DNA from: Candidatus Woesearchaeota archaeon
Lineage (GTDB): Archaea > Nanobdellota > Nanobdellia > Pacearchaeales > GW2011-AR1
DNA: 64,000 nt
Assembly (NCBI GenBank): GCA_964366325.1
Contig: CAYITD010000002.1
Span: forward strand, 32,428-96,427
Reading direction: 5' to 3'
Shown here: positions 1 through 8,534 of the stretch, one piece after another
Layout: the number at the start of each line of letters is the position of its first letter
Numbering within the stretch: position 1 is the stretch's first letter
Made by a program: the position numbers and the translations under genes
Notes under the pieces: model-generated
What the model was told of the DNA's origin: nothing
The model's database searches: none
Seen by the model: the letters and a program-made list of their open reading frames with translations, nothing else

Positions 1-1296
1 CCTTGATCTTCTGCTGTATTTCATATTAGTTCTTCCACCACCCCTATCAAATCTCTCTCTAGGCCTATCGCCCCTAGGTCTAAAGCCGCTATTCCCACTA
101 TTGTGTCCTCTGCGCGGTCTTCCTCCACCACCGCTTCTTCCTCCCATTCTTCGTTTAGAAGGAGCACTTATCTCAATAGGAAGAATCTTCATGTTCCCTG
201 GAATAAGAGTACTTTCAATATTGACTGATTTCTCTTTACAAATACTTCTAAATTCACTATGTTCCCCAGAAGAAACAAAGCTTATAGCAATTCCATTCTT
301 TCCAGCCCTTGCTGTTCTTCCTATTCTATGAATGTAATCATTTCCAGTATTTGGCAAGTTAAAGTTATAGACGTGTGAAACATCTTTTATATCTAAACCA
401 CGAGCAGCCACATCCGTACAAACAAGAATAAGTGATTTACGCGAATGGAATGCCTGCAAAGTGTAATTTCTTTTGGATTGTGATAACCCTCCATGAATTG
501 CAAGAGCATCAATTCCACACTGATAAAGACCGCTAGTCACTTGATCAACATTTCTTCTAGTATTACAAAATACCATTACTACACCATTCTTTTCTAATTT
601 AAGCAAATGCACAAGAAGAGAAAACTTCAATTCTTGTGAAACATCATAATATTTTTGATACAATTGAGAAGGATCAATCTGATCCTTTACAGAAACATGG
701 ACTGGGTTTTTCATATATTTTTTAGCTATATGTCCAATCTCTTCAGAAATAGTAGCAGAAAAAAGTAAAGTCTGTCTTTCGGTTGGGCATTCTTTTATAA
801 TTTTTTCAACATCTCTTATAAAACCCATGTCTAACATTCTATCTGCTTCATCTAACACAAGATATTTCAATTGGCTTAATCTTAGAGTCCTTCTTTCTAA
901 GTGATCCAAAATTCTTCCTGGAGTGCCAACAATTACATCTGCATTTCTTAGTCCATGTATTTGAGGCCCCATTGCTACACCTCCATAAATTTCTTTTACA
1001 TTTAGACCCTTATAAGTTGAAAATCTTCGTAAAGTTTGAGCGACCTGTTCAGCAAGTTCTCTAGTCGGAGTTAAAACAAGCGTCTGTATTCCTAAACCTT
1101 TTTTCATTCTATCTATAAGGCCAGCACCAAAAGCAAGTGTTTTTCCTGATCCAGTTGCAGAACTACCTATAACATCCTTTCCAGCAAGAACTAAAGGAAT
1201 AGTTTTTCCTTGTATTTCACTAGGAGTTGTAAATCCAGCATTACTTATTGTTCTCAACATTCCTTCACTTAATTGCATTAATTTGAAATTCATCAT
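1..1296 (-). CDS. DEAD-box ATP-dependent RNA helicase; C-terminal RGG-rich tail runs off the window edge (partial)
   Basis: My own minus-strand translation from ATGATG at 1296. It shows the Q-motif region (GFTTPSEIQ), Walker A (SATGSGKT), DEAD (VLDEADRM), SAT, and HRIGRTARAG, followed by an RGG/RPR tail. It is missing from the ORF track because it is open at the edge. Confidence 0.9.
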   Translation of the reverse strand, partial: MMNFKLMQLSEGMLRTISNAGFTTPSEIQGKTIPLVLAGKDVIGSSATGSGKTLAFGAGLIDRMKKGLGIQTLVLTPTRELAEQVAQTLRRFSTYKGLNVKEIYGGVAMGPQIHGLRNADVIVGTPGRILDHLERRTLRLSQLKYLVLDEADRMLDMGFIRDVEKIIKECPTERQTLLFSATISEEIGHIAKKYMKNPVHVSVKDQIDPSQLYQKYYDVSQELKFSLLVHLLKLEKNGVVMVFCNTRRNVDQVTSGLYQCGIDALAIHGGLSQSKRNYTLQAFHSRKSLILVCTDVAARGLDIKDVSHVYNFNLPNTGNDYIHRIGRTARAGKNGIAISFVSSGEHSEFRSICKEKSVNIESTLIPGNMKILPIEISAPSKRRMGGRSGGGGRPRRGHNSGNSGFRPRGDRPRERFDRGGGRTNMKYSRRSR

Positions 1297-1333
1297 AATA
1301 CAATTCAGAAAAAAGCAGTTTTAAAGCTATGTT

Positions 1334-2224
1334 TTACTCTAAGATGTTTAAAGCTTCTTTATCTTCAATGAACTCTGCTTTACAAATGCCAGAAAAATAA
1401 GGAATTGACATTTCCATAGCCCATTTTTCAGTCAAATAGTGAGAACATCCTATAACATTTAGTTCAATCTTATTGACTTCTTTTAATATACTTCCATAAT
1501 TTCTTTTATCATAAGTAGAAGCATTTGGAGTGATTATGCCTGTAATATATGTATTAACTCCTCTGTCTTTAGCATCTTGAATAAGCTTGGGAACAAAGCC
1601 TTCGCCAGTAACAACAGCAATTTTGCCAATTGAATCATTAACTTTTCTTATTTTTACTTTGTAATCTAATTTAGAGCTAAGTCTTTTTAGAAAGGCATTA
1701 AGTTTATTTTCATTGACTCTTCCAATTAACCCAAGAAGAATGTCTGGATTATTTTCACTTTCGCTGCCAAACTCTTCTTCAACTTTAAGTTTTAAAATTT
1801 TAGCAAAGGCATAAGCCGTAGAAACAATTTTACCATTTCTATTTTTATCTAAGGGAATATGTAAAGAATAAATAGAAATTCCCATTCCCTCCATTAACTG
1901 ATAATCTCTTTCAGTAAAATTAATAAAACCTTTGCCGTTTCTTCTTCCATCCCAATCAAAGGGATGTTTTACAACTAAAAGACTGTTAATTATACCCTTC
2001 ATGTGTATCTCTTCAAGAACATACCTGCTTGGAGAAAAAGCAGTGTAGATTTTATTTACTTCTTGAGAATTGACAATCATAAGTCCAGTATTGCGTAACG
2101 ACGTTCTAAAAGAAGGAAGAGATTTTCTTACAAACAGGCGGTCAAATAACCAACTCCAGTCATCTTTTACTTTAGATACTTCAAACTCTTCATCTAATGC
2201 TTCTACAATTTTACTAAGCTTCAT
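1334..2224 (-). CDS. NIF3-like (GTP cyclohydrolase 1 type 2 homolog) metal-binding protein
   Basis: 296 aa, with a KHPFDW segment and a C-terminal GCSHYLTEKW matching the GHYxTE signature of NIF3/DUF34. Confidence 0.55.
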   Translation of the reverse strand: MKLSKIVEALDEEFEVSKVKDDWSWLFDRLFVRKSLPSFRTSLRNTGLMIVNSQEVNKIYTAFSPSRYVLEEIHMKGIINSLLVVKHPFDWDGRRNGKGFINFTERDYQLMEGMGISIYSLHIPLDKNRNGKIVSTAYAFAKILKLKVEEEFGSESENNPDILLGLIGRVNENKLNAFLKRLSSKLDYKVKIRKVNDSIGKIAVVTGEGFVPKLIQDAKDRGVNTYITGIITPNASTYDKRNYGSILKEVNKIELNVIGCSHYLTEKWAMEMSIPYFSGICKAEFIEDKEALNILE

Positions 2225-2416
2225 ATTTAATCTCTACCTTTAAGGTTATATAAAGAGATTCTTTAAAATTTCCTACCGAATCGGAGCTTGCTCCGAGGTA
2301 TTCGGAAATTTTTGATTCGAAGAGTTGATTTTAGGTGACTACATTAATCTTTTTGTAGGTACCCACGCTTAAATCTAAAAAGAATGGAACTCTATGAGTA
2401 AAGAAGTAAAAATAAA

Positions 2417-3175
2417 ATGGACAAGCAAAACACTTTTAAAGGTGAAAACACCCACAATAGTATTCAAGTCCCCGGTATGGCTCTTTTGGGTAATGCCGGG
2501 ATTCCTACTCCTTCAAAAAGTAAAAAAGAAGCTATTTTCTTCATTGATGCTAACAATTGGTATCACAATGTTAAAAGATATTATAATCCGTCTGAGATAG
2601 ATATCCTTAGACTAGCTAAATTTCTCTCTGAAGTTAAGAATTACAAGATAAAAGAGATTAGATATTATGCATCCGTTCCAAGTATAGAAGATGGTGCAGA
2701 AACATATTACAACCATATTGCCTTTTTAGATTCCCTTCAGAAAAAAGGAGTTAATGTAATAACTAGAAAACTGCAAAAACTATCAAATAAAGAGATTTTA
2801 AAGAGAAAACAGGAAACAATTAATAATTTGGACCTATGTAAGAATTGTAAGCCACTTGTAGAAGCTAATTTTTTAGATTTGTCAGATATAAAGAGGAAAG
2901 AGAAAGGAATTGATGTTTGGATTGCAGTTGATATGTTGAGACTCTCCACAATTGAAAATGATTGTGAGGTTTGTGTTTTAATCTCTGGAGATGCTGACTT
3001 TGTTCCTGCTTTAGATATTATAAGAAATCATAAGAAAGAGATACTAACTGCTATGACTCCGATGGGATATTCAAGGGAGCTTATTGAAAAATTTCCCTAT
3101 TTCTTATTAAAAAAAGAAACCCTATTTAAATTTTTTAGAGATTACAAAGGAAGAAAAATTAAAACAGATATCTAA
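2417..3175 (+). CDS. NYN-domain (LabA/DUF88-like) predicted ribonuclease
   Basis: FFIDANNWYH, EKGIDVWIAVDM and LISGDADFVPAL match the acidic NYN/PIN-like motifs. Confidence 0.75.
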   Translation: MDKQNTFKGENTHNSIQVPGMALLGNAGIPTPSKSKKEAIFFIDANNWYHNVKRYYNPSEIDILRLAKFLSEVKNYKIKEIRYYASVPSIEDGAETYYNHIAFLDSLQKKGVNVITRKLQKLSNKEILKRKQETINNLDLCKNCKPLVEANFLDLSDIKRKEKGIDVWIAVDMLRLSTIENDCEVCVLISGDADFVPALDIIRNHKKEILTAMTPMGYSRELIEKFPYFLLKKETLFKFFRDYKGRKIKTDI

Positions 3176-3236
3176 AAAATTTGCACCCAGCTAATCATTT
3201 AGAAAGATTCTTAATATTTTAATTCCTAGAGTATAA

Positions 3237-3983
3237 ATGAAAATAATCTCTTGGAACGTTAACGGGATCAATGCTTGTATTACTAAGGGTTTACTTGATT
3301 TTATGAAAGAAGAAAACGCTGATATTTATTGTTTTCAAGAAGTTAAAGCAACTAAAGAAAAAATACCTAAAATAGAAGGCTATCATGAATTTCACTCACA
3401 CGCTCAAAAGAAAGGCTACAGTGGAGTTTCTATCTTTTCTAAAATTAAACCTCTATCTATTATAGAAGGTATTGGAAAAGAAATATTTGATAGCGAGGGA
3501 AGAACAATCACTTTAGAATTTGAGGATTTCTTTGTTATCAACATCTATTTTCCTCATGCACATAGGGAATTAAAAAGACTAGATTTCAAATTAAAATTCA
3601 ATAAAGATTTCTTAGTGTTTTGTAAAAAGTTAGAAAAAACAAAACCAGTTATCATCGCTTCTGACTTTAATGTTGCACATAAATCAATTGATCTTACCAA
3701 TGCAAAATCCAATGAAAAAAACGCCGGATTTACCATTGAAGAAAGAAATTGGTTTGATTCTTTTCTAGAAGAAGGTTACATCGACACATTCAGAGAGTTT
3801 GTTAAAGAAGGTGGACATTATACTTGGTGGGCTTATTTCAACAATGCCAGAGAAAGAAATATTGGTTGGCGTATCGACTATTTTGTTCTGAGTAAAAGTT
3901 TAAAAAACAAACTCCAAAATAGCATAATCTTGAAAGATGTTTTAGGTTCTGATCATTGTCCTATTAGTTTAGAGATTGAATAA
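3237..3983 (+). CDS. xth: Exodeoxyribonuclease III (AP endonuclease, EEP fold)
   Basis: MKIISWNVNGI, CFQEVK, DFNVAH, RIDYF and SDHCP are canonical ExoIII/APE1 motifs. Confidence 0.9.
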   Translation: MKIISWNVNGINACITKGLLDFMKEENADIYCFQEVKATKEKIPKIEGYHEFHSHAQKKGYSGVSIFSKIKPLSIIEGIGKEIFDSEGRTITLEFEDFFVINIYFPHAHRELKRLDFKLKFNKDFLVFCKKLEKTKPVIIASDFNVAHKSIDLTNAKSNEKNAGFTIEERNWFDSFLEEGYIDTFREFVKEGGHYTWWAYFNNARERNIGWRIDYFVLSKSLKNKLQNSIILKDVLGSDHCPISLEIE

Positions 3984-3988
3984 CTATA

Positions 3989-4975
3989 TTAATCGAGTTC
4001 TTGCATAGGAAACTGAACATATTTGTGAATTTTTTCCATATTAATTAAATCGATATTAAGTAAGTCATCTCCTAAAATTGTTCTTATCTCTTTTAGTTTG
4101 CCACCTAATTCAAGAGGGTCTTTAGAAACAATATAAATTACTGCACTATAAACTCCAACAAGTTTTGCCGAATAAAATATATGAGAACTTTTGTGCAAGA
4201 ATTCTTTAAGCTCCCTACTCACATCTTTTAAATTAAGCAAAAGCTGTGTTGTATAAAGCCCATATTTTTGAAAATCGTGCAAAAGGCCAAAGTTCATTAT
4301 GAACTTTCTTTGAGCATATCCATTAACCCTATATCTAATTGTTTCTTGGTTTAAATTAGTCTTTTCTGAGATCTCACTAAATTTTATTCTAGGACTTTTT
4401 AATATTAGAGAGATGATTTTCTTATCTATTTTATCTAGGTTAATAGAAGACCTATCTTCCGATATAGAGTACTCTTTTGTATTAAGAACATACATTTTAT
4501 TTTTTCTATTAGCTGGAATTTTAACTTCGATATCTATTGGCGGGATAATGTTGGTAAATCTCTTAATATAAGATTGAAACTCTGCTATAACCATATCTTG
4601 GACATCAATTATATTTTTAACCTCTTTAATAGCCTTTTCTAATTCTTCTTTACCCTTAACAAGAGCGATAAGTTGTAAGTCATATTTACCATAACTAGAA
4701 TTTATTGAAATTATTTCTTTAATCTTGAATAGAGAATCGTAATTAATATTTACGTCTTTTAGACGAATTAATAAATGATAGTGAGTATAACCTAATAGAC
4801 TATAATCAAATTGAACTGAGAAAGAAGCTAGTTTTTCTTCATCTATTAGTTTCTTTATTTGATATTCTACTGCGTCTTCAGAGCAATGAAGCGATTTAGC
4901 TATATCTTTATTTGAAAATCTACAATTAATAGAAAGAAGCTCTAATAATTGTTTTTGTCTTAGGTTTAACTCCAT
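3989..4975 (-). CDS. Tandem-duplicated Lrp/AsnC-type HTH transcriptional regulator
   Basis: Two repeats, each with an N-terminal HTH (e.g. QLLELLSINCRFSNKDIAKSL; IISLILKSPRIKFSEISEKT) and a following RAM-like segment. It is a paralog of 45613..46572. Confidence 0.7.
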   Translation of the reverse strand: MELNLRQKQLLELLSINCRFSNKDIAKSLHCSEDAVEYQIKKLIDEEKLASFSVQFDYSLLGYTHYHLLIRLKDVNINYDSLFKIKEIISINSSYGKYDLQLIALVKGKEELEKAIKEVKNIIDVQDMVIAEFQSYIKRFTNIIPPIDIEVKIPANRKNKMYVLNTKEYSISEDRSSINLDKIDKKIISLILKSPRIKFSEISEKTNLNQETIRYRVNGYAQRKFIMNFGLLHDFQKYGLYTTQLLLNLKDVSRELKEFLHKSSHIFYSAKLVGVYSAVIYIVSKDPLELGGKLKEIRTILGDDLLNIDLINMEKIHKYVQFPMQELD

Positions 4976-5069
4976 AATACAATTATTACATAATAGATTT
5001 ATAAATATTATGTTTTAATCGCATTTTATCTTAGTAATTCTTTAATATCCATAGTTTTACCTCGTTTAT

Positions 5070-5771
5070 ATGACAACAATAATTGTGCCTGAGAGATATA
5101 GAACTATTCAAAATAATAGTAAGAACTATGTCGCTTTAATGGGTCTTTCGGTAGGTAAACAAGATTTTGAAAATCATAATGCTATGGCTTCATATTGCGA
5201 CTTCATGCAAAGCAACTTTCTTTACGGATTATTTGTTATTGCTGACTTTCCTAAAAAATATAATATTATGGCTTTAGATGGCAGTTCGGAAAAGAGAGCT
5301 GAAGAGAGAACAAGAATAGCAGGAGATAATATGAGAAATGCCCTAGAGAGGATAACAAGAGATTATCCTTTGGTCAAAGTGACTCGTTGGAGAGATTTTA
5401 TGACCTCTTCTTACGAGCAAAATTTGAAAATATTAAGAGAGGCATATTCAAATGATCCAGATTTTCAAGAAAAATGTAATTATAAGGTTTGAAGTTTTCT
5501 TTCTAGTCCTACAAATACAGCTCGTGTAGACAATAATTCTTCTGTATCTGAAAGAGTTAATATCTCTAAAGAATACTTGTTAGATGAACTAGCTTTTCTA
5601 GTTGCAGTGCCTTTCTCAATACCTCTGCCTGTTTGCGAAATATATCCTGGAAGAAATGAACTCCATGAACAAGTGCAAGAAAGAGAATTTTCTTTCTGTA
5701 AAGACCTTCACATTAAAGAAGATAGAGCTTTCATGGAGGCTTATTATGAATCCCCAGATAAGAAAGATTGA
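5070..5771 (+). pseudogene. Cyclodipeptide synthase (CDPS, AlbC-like) interrupted by a single in-frame TGA at 5490-5492
   Basis: ORFs 5070..5492 and 5577..5771 share a frame and no other stop lies between them. The joined 233-aa product carries ALMGLSVGKQDF (catalytic Ser loop), FVIADFPKKYNIMALDG, EYLLDELA (Y/E pair) and IYPG. From my memory of AlbC these align collinearly. Confidence 0.7.
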
Positions 5772-6180
5772 ATCCAAAGATATTGAAAGTGTTTACACTT
5801 TAGGCATGGCTGTCCCAGAATTCTCTACTAAAGACGAGGCAGATCATAGATTCTGGCCAAAAGAGACTTTAGAAAGATTTGTTGATCAAGGATTTTCTTT
5901 AGTAATTGAAGATAATAAAATTGTAGTCGGGTTTTTACTAACTGCTTACCAGCCAGTCACCAAAAAATTAACCTGGGAAAACATGTATCTCGATCTCTCT
6001 TATCAAAAAAGAGGACTAGCTGAAACTTGTTTCAATAGATCTTGGGAATTAGCCCAAAAAGAGGGAGCGATAGTTGCTGAGTGCGTTGTAGCTTCCGATA
6101 ACATTTCTGCGCAGAAAATGTGCAAACGACTTGGGTTTTCTAGCGTTAGAGATTATAAATGGATGTTAAAATGGGAATAA
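5746..6180 (+). CDS. GNAT family N-acetyltransferase
   Basis: The ATG at 5746 gives MNPQIRKIESKDIE..., and YQKRGLAE plus a C-terminal KRLGF fit the acetyl-CoA binding motif A. It overlaps the CDPS 3' end by 26 nt. Confidence 0.75.
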   Translation: MNPQIRKIESKDIESVYTLGMAVPEFSTKDEADHRFWPKETLERFVDQGFSLVIEDNKIVVGFLLTAYQPVTKKLTWENMYLDLSYQKRGLAETCFNRSWELAQKEGAIVAECVVASDNISAQKMCKRLGFSSVRDYKWMLKWE

Positions 6181-6198
6181 AATCTAACCACTCAAAAC

Positions 6199-6507
6199 TC
6201 AATTATTATTCAAAGGCAATAAGTTAATAGAAAGATCTTCAAAAACAGGAATTATTTCATAATTATCTAATTCTTTAGGAATAACTCCAAATGCTCCTTT
6301 GTGAAAATTTTGTTTGCCATAAATAAATTGTCCTGATTTTCTTATGAAATATTTAGTCGCTCCCTTTTGATCTTCTTTATCAGGTCTTTTTTCTATACCC
6401 TGAACATTTAATTTGACTTTTATTCTCTTATTAGAATCAGAATTAGTTTAGTCTATCTTAGATTCAGTCCACAAATCGGAAAGCTTAACTTTTTCCCATT
6501 CGCTCAT
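6199..6507 (-). pseudogene. Type I restriction-modification specificity subunit (HsdS) N-terminal remnant with in-frame TAA
   Basis: My translation is MSEWEKVKLSDLWTESKID*TNS...RIKVKLNVQGIEKR...KYFIRKSGQFIYGKQNFHKGAFGVIPKELDNYEIIPVFEDL. This is the typical HsdS target-recognition-domain start. It is only about 100 codons long and has an internal stop at 6448-6450. Confidence 0.65.
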
Positions 6508-7085
6508 TTTCCAGCATCCTCAAAATCTTTTTCGCTTAATTTAACCCATTTCGAAGCAACACCGAGTAGATGGTTTGATGTTGAAAATTTTGAATTCCTC
6601 AATCTGTCAAAATAAGTGTAAAGTATTATTGAAATTCCTTTTTCTTTCATTCTTTTAATTACGGGAACAAAATCAGAGTCAGAGGCTATAAGAATTATTT
6701 TCTTTATATTTGGATAAGAATCTTTAAAGTCATACATATCTAAGATAATTAAAGCGTCTACTCCTTTTTGATAATAATCTGCTTTTCCTTCTTCATTAAT
6801 TATTTTTTGACATCTCCCTTCTCGCAAGGTTATCCATTTTTTATTTCGCAACATTGATGTCATATTTTGATAATTACTCATCAAGAAATCTTCTTGTTCA
6901 GTTGGTTTTGAGCTTTGGTAAGGTGGAGCAGTATAAATATAGAGATGCTTCAAATTAAGATTTTCTTTATTACAGATATTTCTAAAAGTCTGCAAATATC
7001 TTTTATTTTTACCTGTCTTTCTTTGTAAGTGCTTCTTCACTAACCCGAAAAAGCCATCATCAACAAAAAGCAAAGTGTCTTCCAT
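6504..7085 (-). CDS. NYN-domain (LabA-like) protein
   Basis: LFVDDGFFG, KGVDALIILDM and ASDSDFVPVIK motifs. Its stop overlaps (ATGA) the start of the HsdS remnant. Confidence 0.7.
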   Translation of the reverse strand: MEDTLLFVDDGFFGLVKKHLQRKTGKNKRYLQTFRNICNKENLNLKHLYIYTAPPYQSSKPTEQEDFLMSNYQNMTSMLRNKKWITLREGRCQKIINEEGKADYYQKGVDALIILDMYDFKDSYPNIKKIILIASDSDFVPVIKRMKEKGISIILYTYFDRLRNSKFSTSNHLLGVASKWVKLSEKDFEDAGK

Positions 7086-7283
7086 TAAAAAATACCTCTT
7101 GAATTATTAGAAAGAAAATAAACATCCAGCAACTCTTGCGAATCACTGGGGATCATACTCACAATCCTAAGATTGCTAATATTGTATGCTGTTCTAAGTT
7201 TAAAAGTGTTTCTATCCACCTTCACCATGTGCTCCTAGGTGACATATGTCTCCTTGTTACACAACCTAATGTTAACACCAATC

Positions 7284-8534
7284 TTAATTCCCACACAATA
7301 CCAAAAAAAGATCCCCGACATTCGTATGCGTTTTCCCTGTAACAATAACCCCATTGACTTTCTTCAGGAAATTATAGGAATCATTATTATTCAAGAATTT
7401 CTCTGCCTTTAATCCAATTTTCTTAGCCTCTTTTATAGTATTCTCATCAACAATTCCTCCTGCCGCTTCGGTAATAAAATCAACCCCATCTGAAGAACAA
7501 CTGACAACTACGCCATTTTTTAGAAACGCGCTAGCAGATAAAACAACTTCCTGATTTCTTCCGCCTTTCCCTTTTCCTTTAACTGTAACTGTTGTCTCTC
7601 CAGTTGCGATAACTGCAGTATTTCTTTTAGAAAGAAGGGCAAGCCTTTTTCCAACTTCTCTTGCTTCCCCACTCAATTGAGTTGTTAAAATCCTAGATTT
7701 GTACCCCAGTTCTTTCGCCTTTTCACGCATCGCTTCAGCAGCAGGAACATTTGTAATAAGTAAAATATTAGTCACGTTTGGAAAATTCTTTTTAGGAGTT
7801 TCAATAAAAGGTAATTCAGGCAAATGATATTTCCTCTGGGTCCTCTGAGCATCACGGATTGCCGTTGAGTCTGGAACTGTTGGCCCAGAAGCAATTGAAT
7901 CAAGTTTATTTGTCATTACATCGCTCATAATTAAACTAATTACTGTCCCAGATCTAACAATGTCTGCAAGTTGTCCTCCCTTAATTTTTGAGATATGCTT
8001 TCTTACAGTATTTATTTCTTGAATTTTAGCTCCACTCTTCAAAAGAAGTTTATTCAATTCAATCAGTTTACCCAAAGAAATTCTCGAAGATTCCATTAGA
8101 GCAGACCCTCCACCGCTAATTAAACAAAAAATAAGATCCTGTCTTCCAGTATTTTTCAAAAGAGAAATTATCTTTTCAGTAGCGCTTACATTAATAGAAG
8201 AAGTCAAAGGATGTGTGCCTTTAATAACCTCAATCCTTGGCAGCTTTTTCTTTCTAGTATCTATTACCAAACCACCGTTAATTCTCTTTCCCAATATTTC
8301 CTCTAAGCCTTCAGCCATTTCTGCTGCTGCTTTTCCAGCACCAACAACAAAAATTCTTTTGTATTTTGAAAGATTCCATTTTTTATCATTAATTCTTAAC
8401 ACATTCCCAGAAATAATTAGCTCTCTATGCATTGAAACTTTAGGCAACACCGATTCAATCCCAGCACTGACTATCTCAAGTGCATCTTTCCTGATTTTGC
8501 TTGTTCCAAGTTGTTTAAAATTTTTAACTATCAC
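7284..8534 (-). CDS. Glycerate 2-kinase (MOFRL/DUF4147 family)
   Basis: VVGAGKAAAEMA, ISGGGSAL and GETTVTVKGKGKGGRNQE are signature motifs of MOFRL-type glycerate kinases. Confidence 0.85.
   Translation of the reverse strand: MIVKNFKQLGTSKIRKDALEIVSAGIESVLPKVSMHRELIISGNVLRINDKKWNLSKYKRIFVVGAGKAAAEMAEGLEEILGKRINGGLVIDTRKKKLPRIEVIKGTHPLTSSINVSATEKIISLLKNTGRQDLIFCLISGGGSALMESSRISLGKLIELNKLLLKSGAKIQEINTVRKHISKIKGGQLADIVRSGTVISLIMSDVMTNKLDSIASGPTVPDSTAIRDAQRTQRKYHLPELPFIETPKKNFPNVTNILLITNVPAAEAMREKAKELGYKSRILTTQLSGEAREVGKRLALLSKRNTAVIATGETTVTVKGKGKGGRNQEVVLSASAFLKNGVVVSCSSDGVDFITEAAGGIVDENTIKEAKKIGLKAEKFLNNNDSYNFLKKVNGVIVTGKTHTNVGDLFLVLCGN

Noticed and set aside
101-331. Track ORF on the plus strand (76 aa, Pro/Leu-rich)
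   Set aside because: It lies antisense to the RGG-tail coding region of the well-supported DEAD-box helicase. Its low-complexity mirror translation marks it as spurious.
5490-5492. Genome-wide TGA recoding (Gly/Trp/Sec) as an explanation for the in-frame stop in the CDPS-like gene
   Set aside because: TGA clearly terminates several well-supported genes here, for example nagB at 24863, the PIG-L gene at 25453 and the many ATGA overlaps. No SECIS-like structure is evident, so a local nonsense mutation or read error is more parsimonious.
5602-5745. N-terminal extension of the GNAT ORF in the track (192 aa)
   Set aside because: The extension is an out-of-frame read of the CDPS C-terminal coding region. 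The GNAT fold begins at the ATG at 5746.
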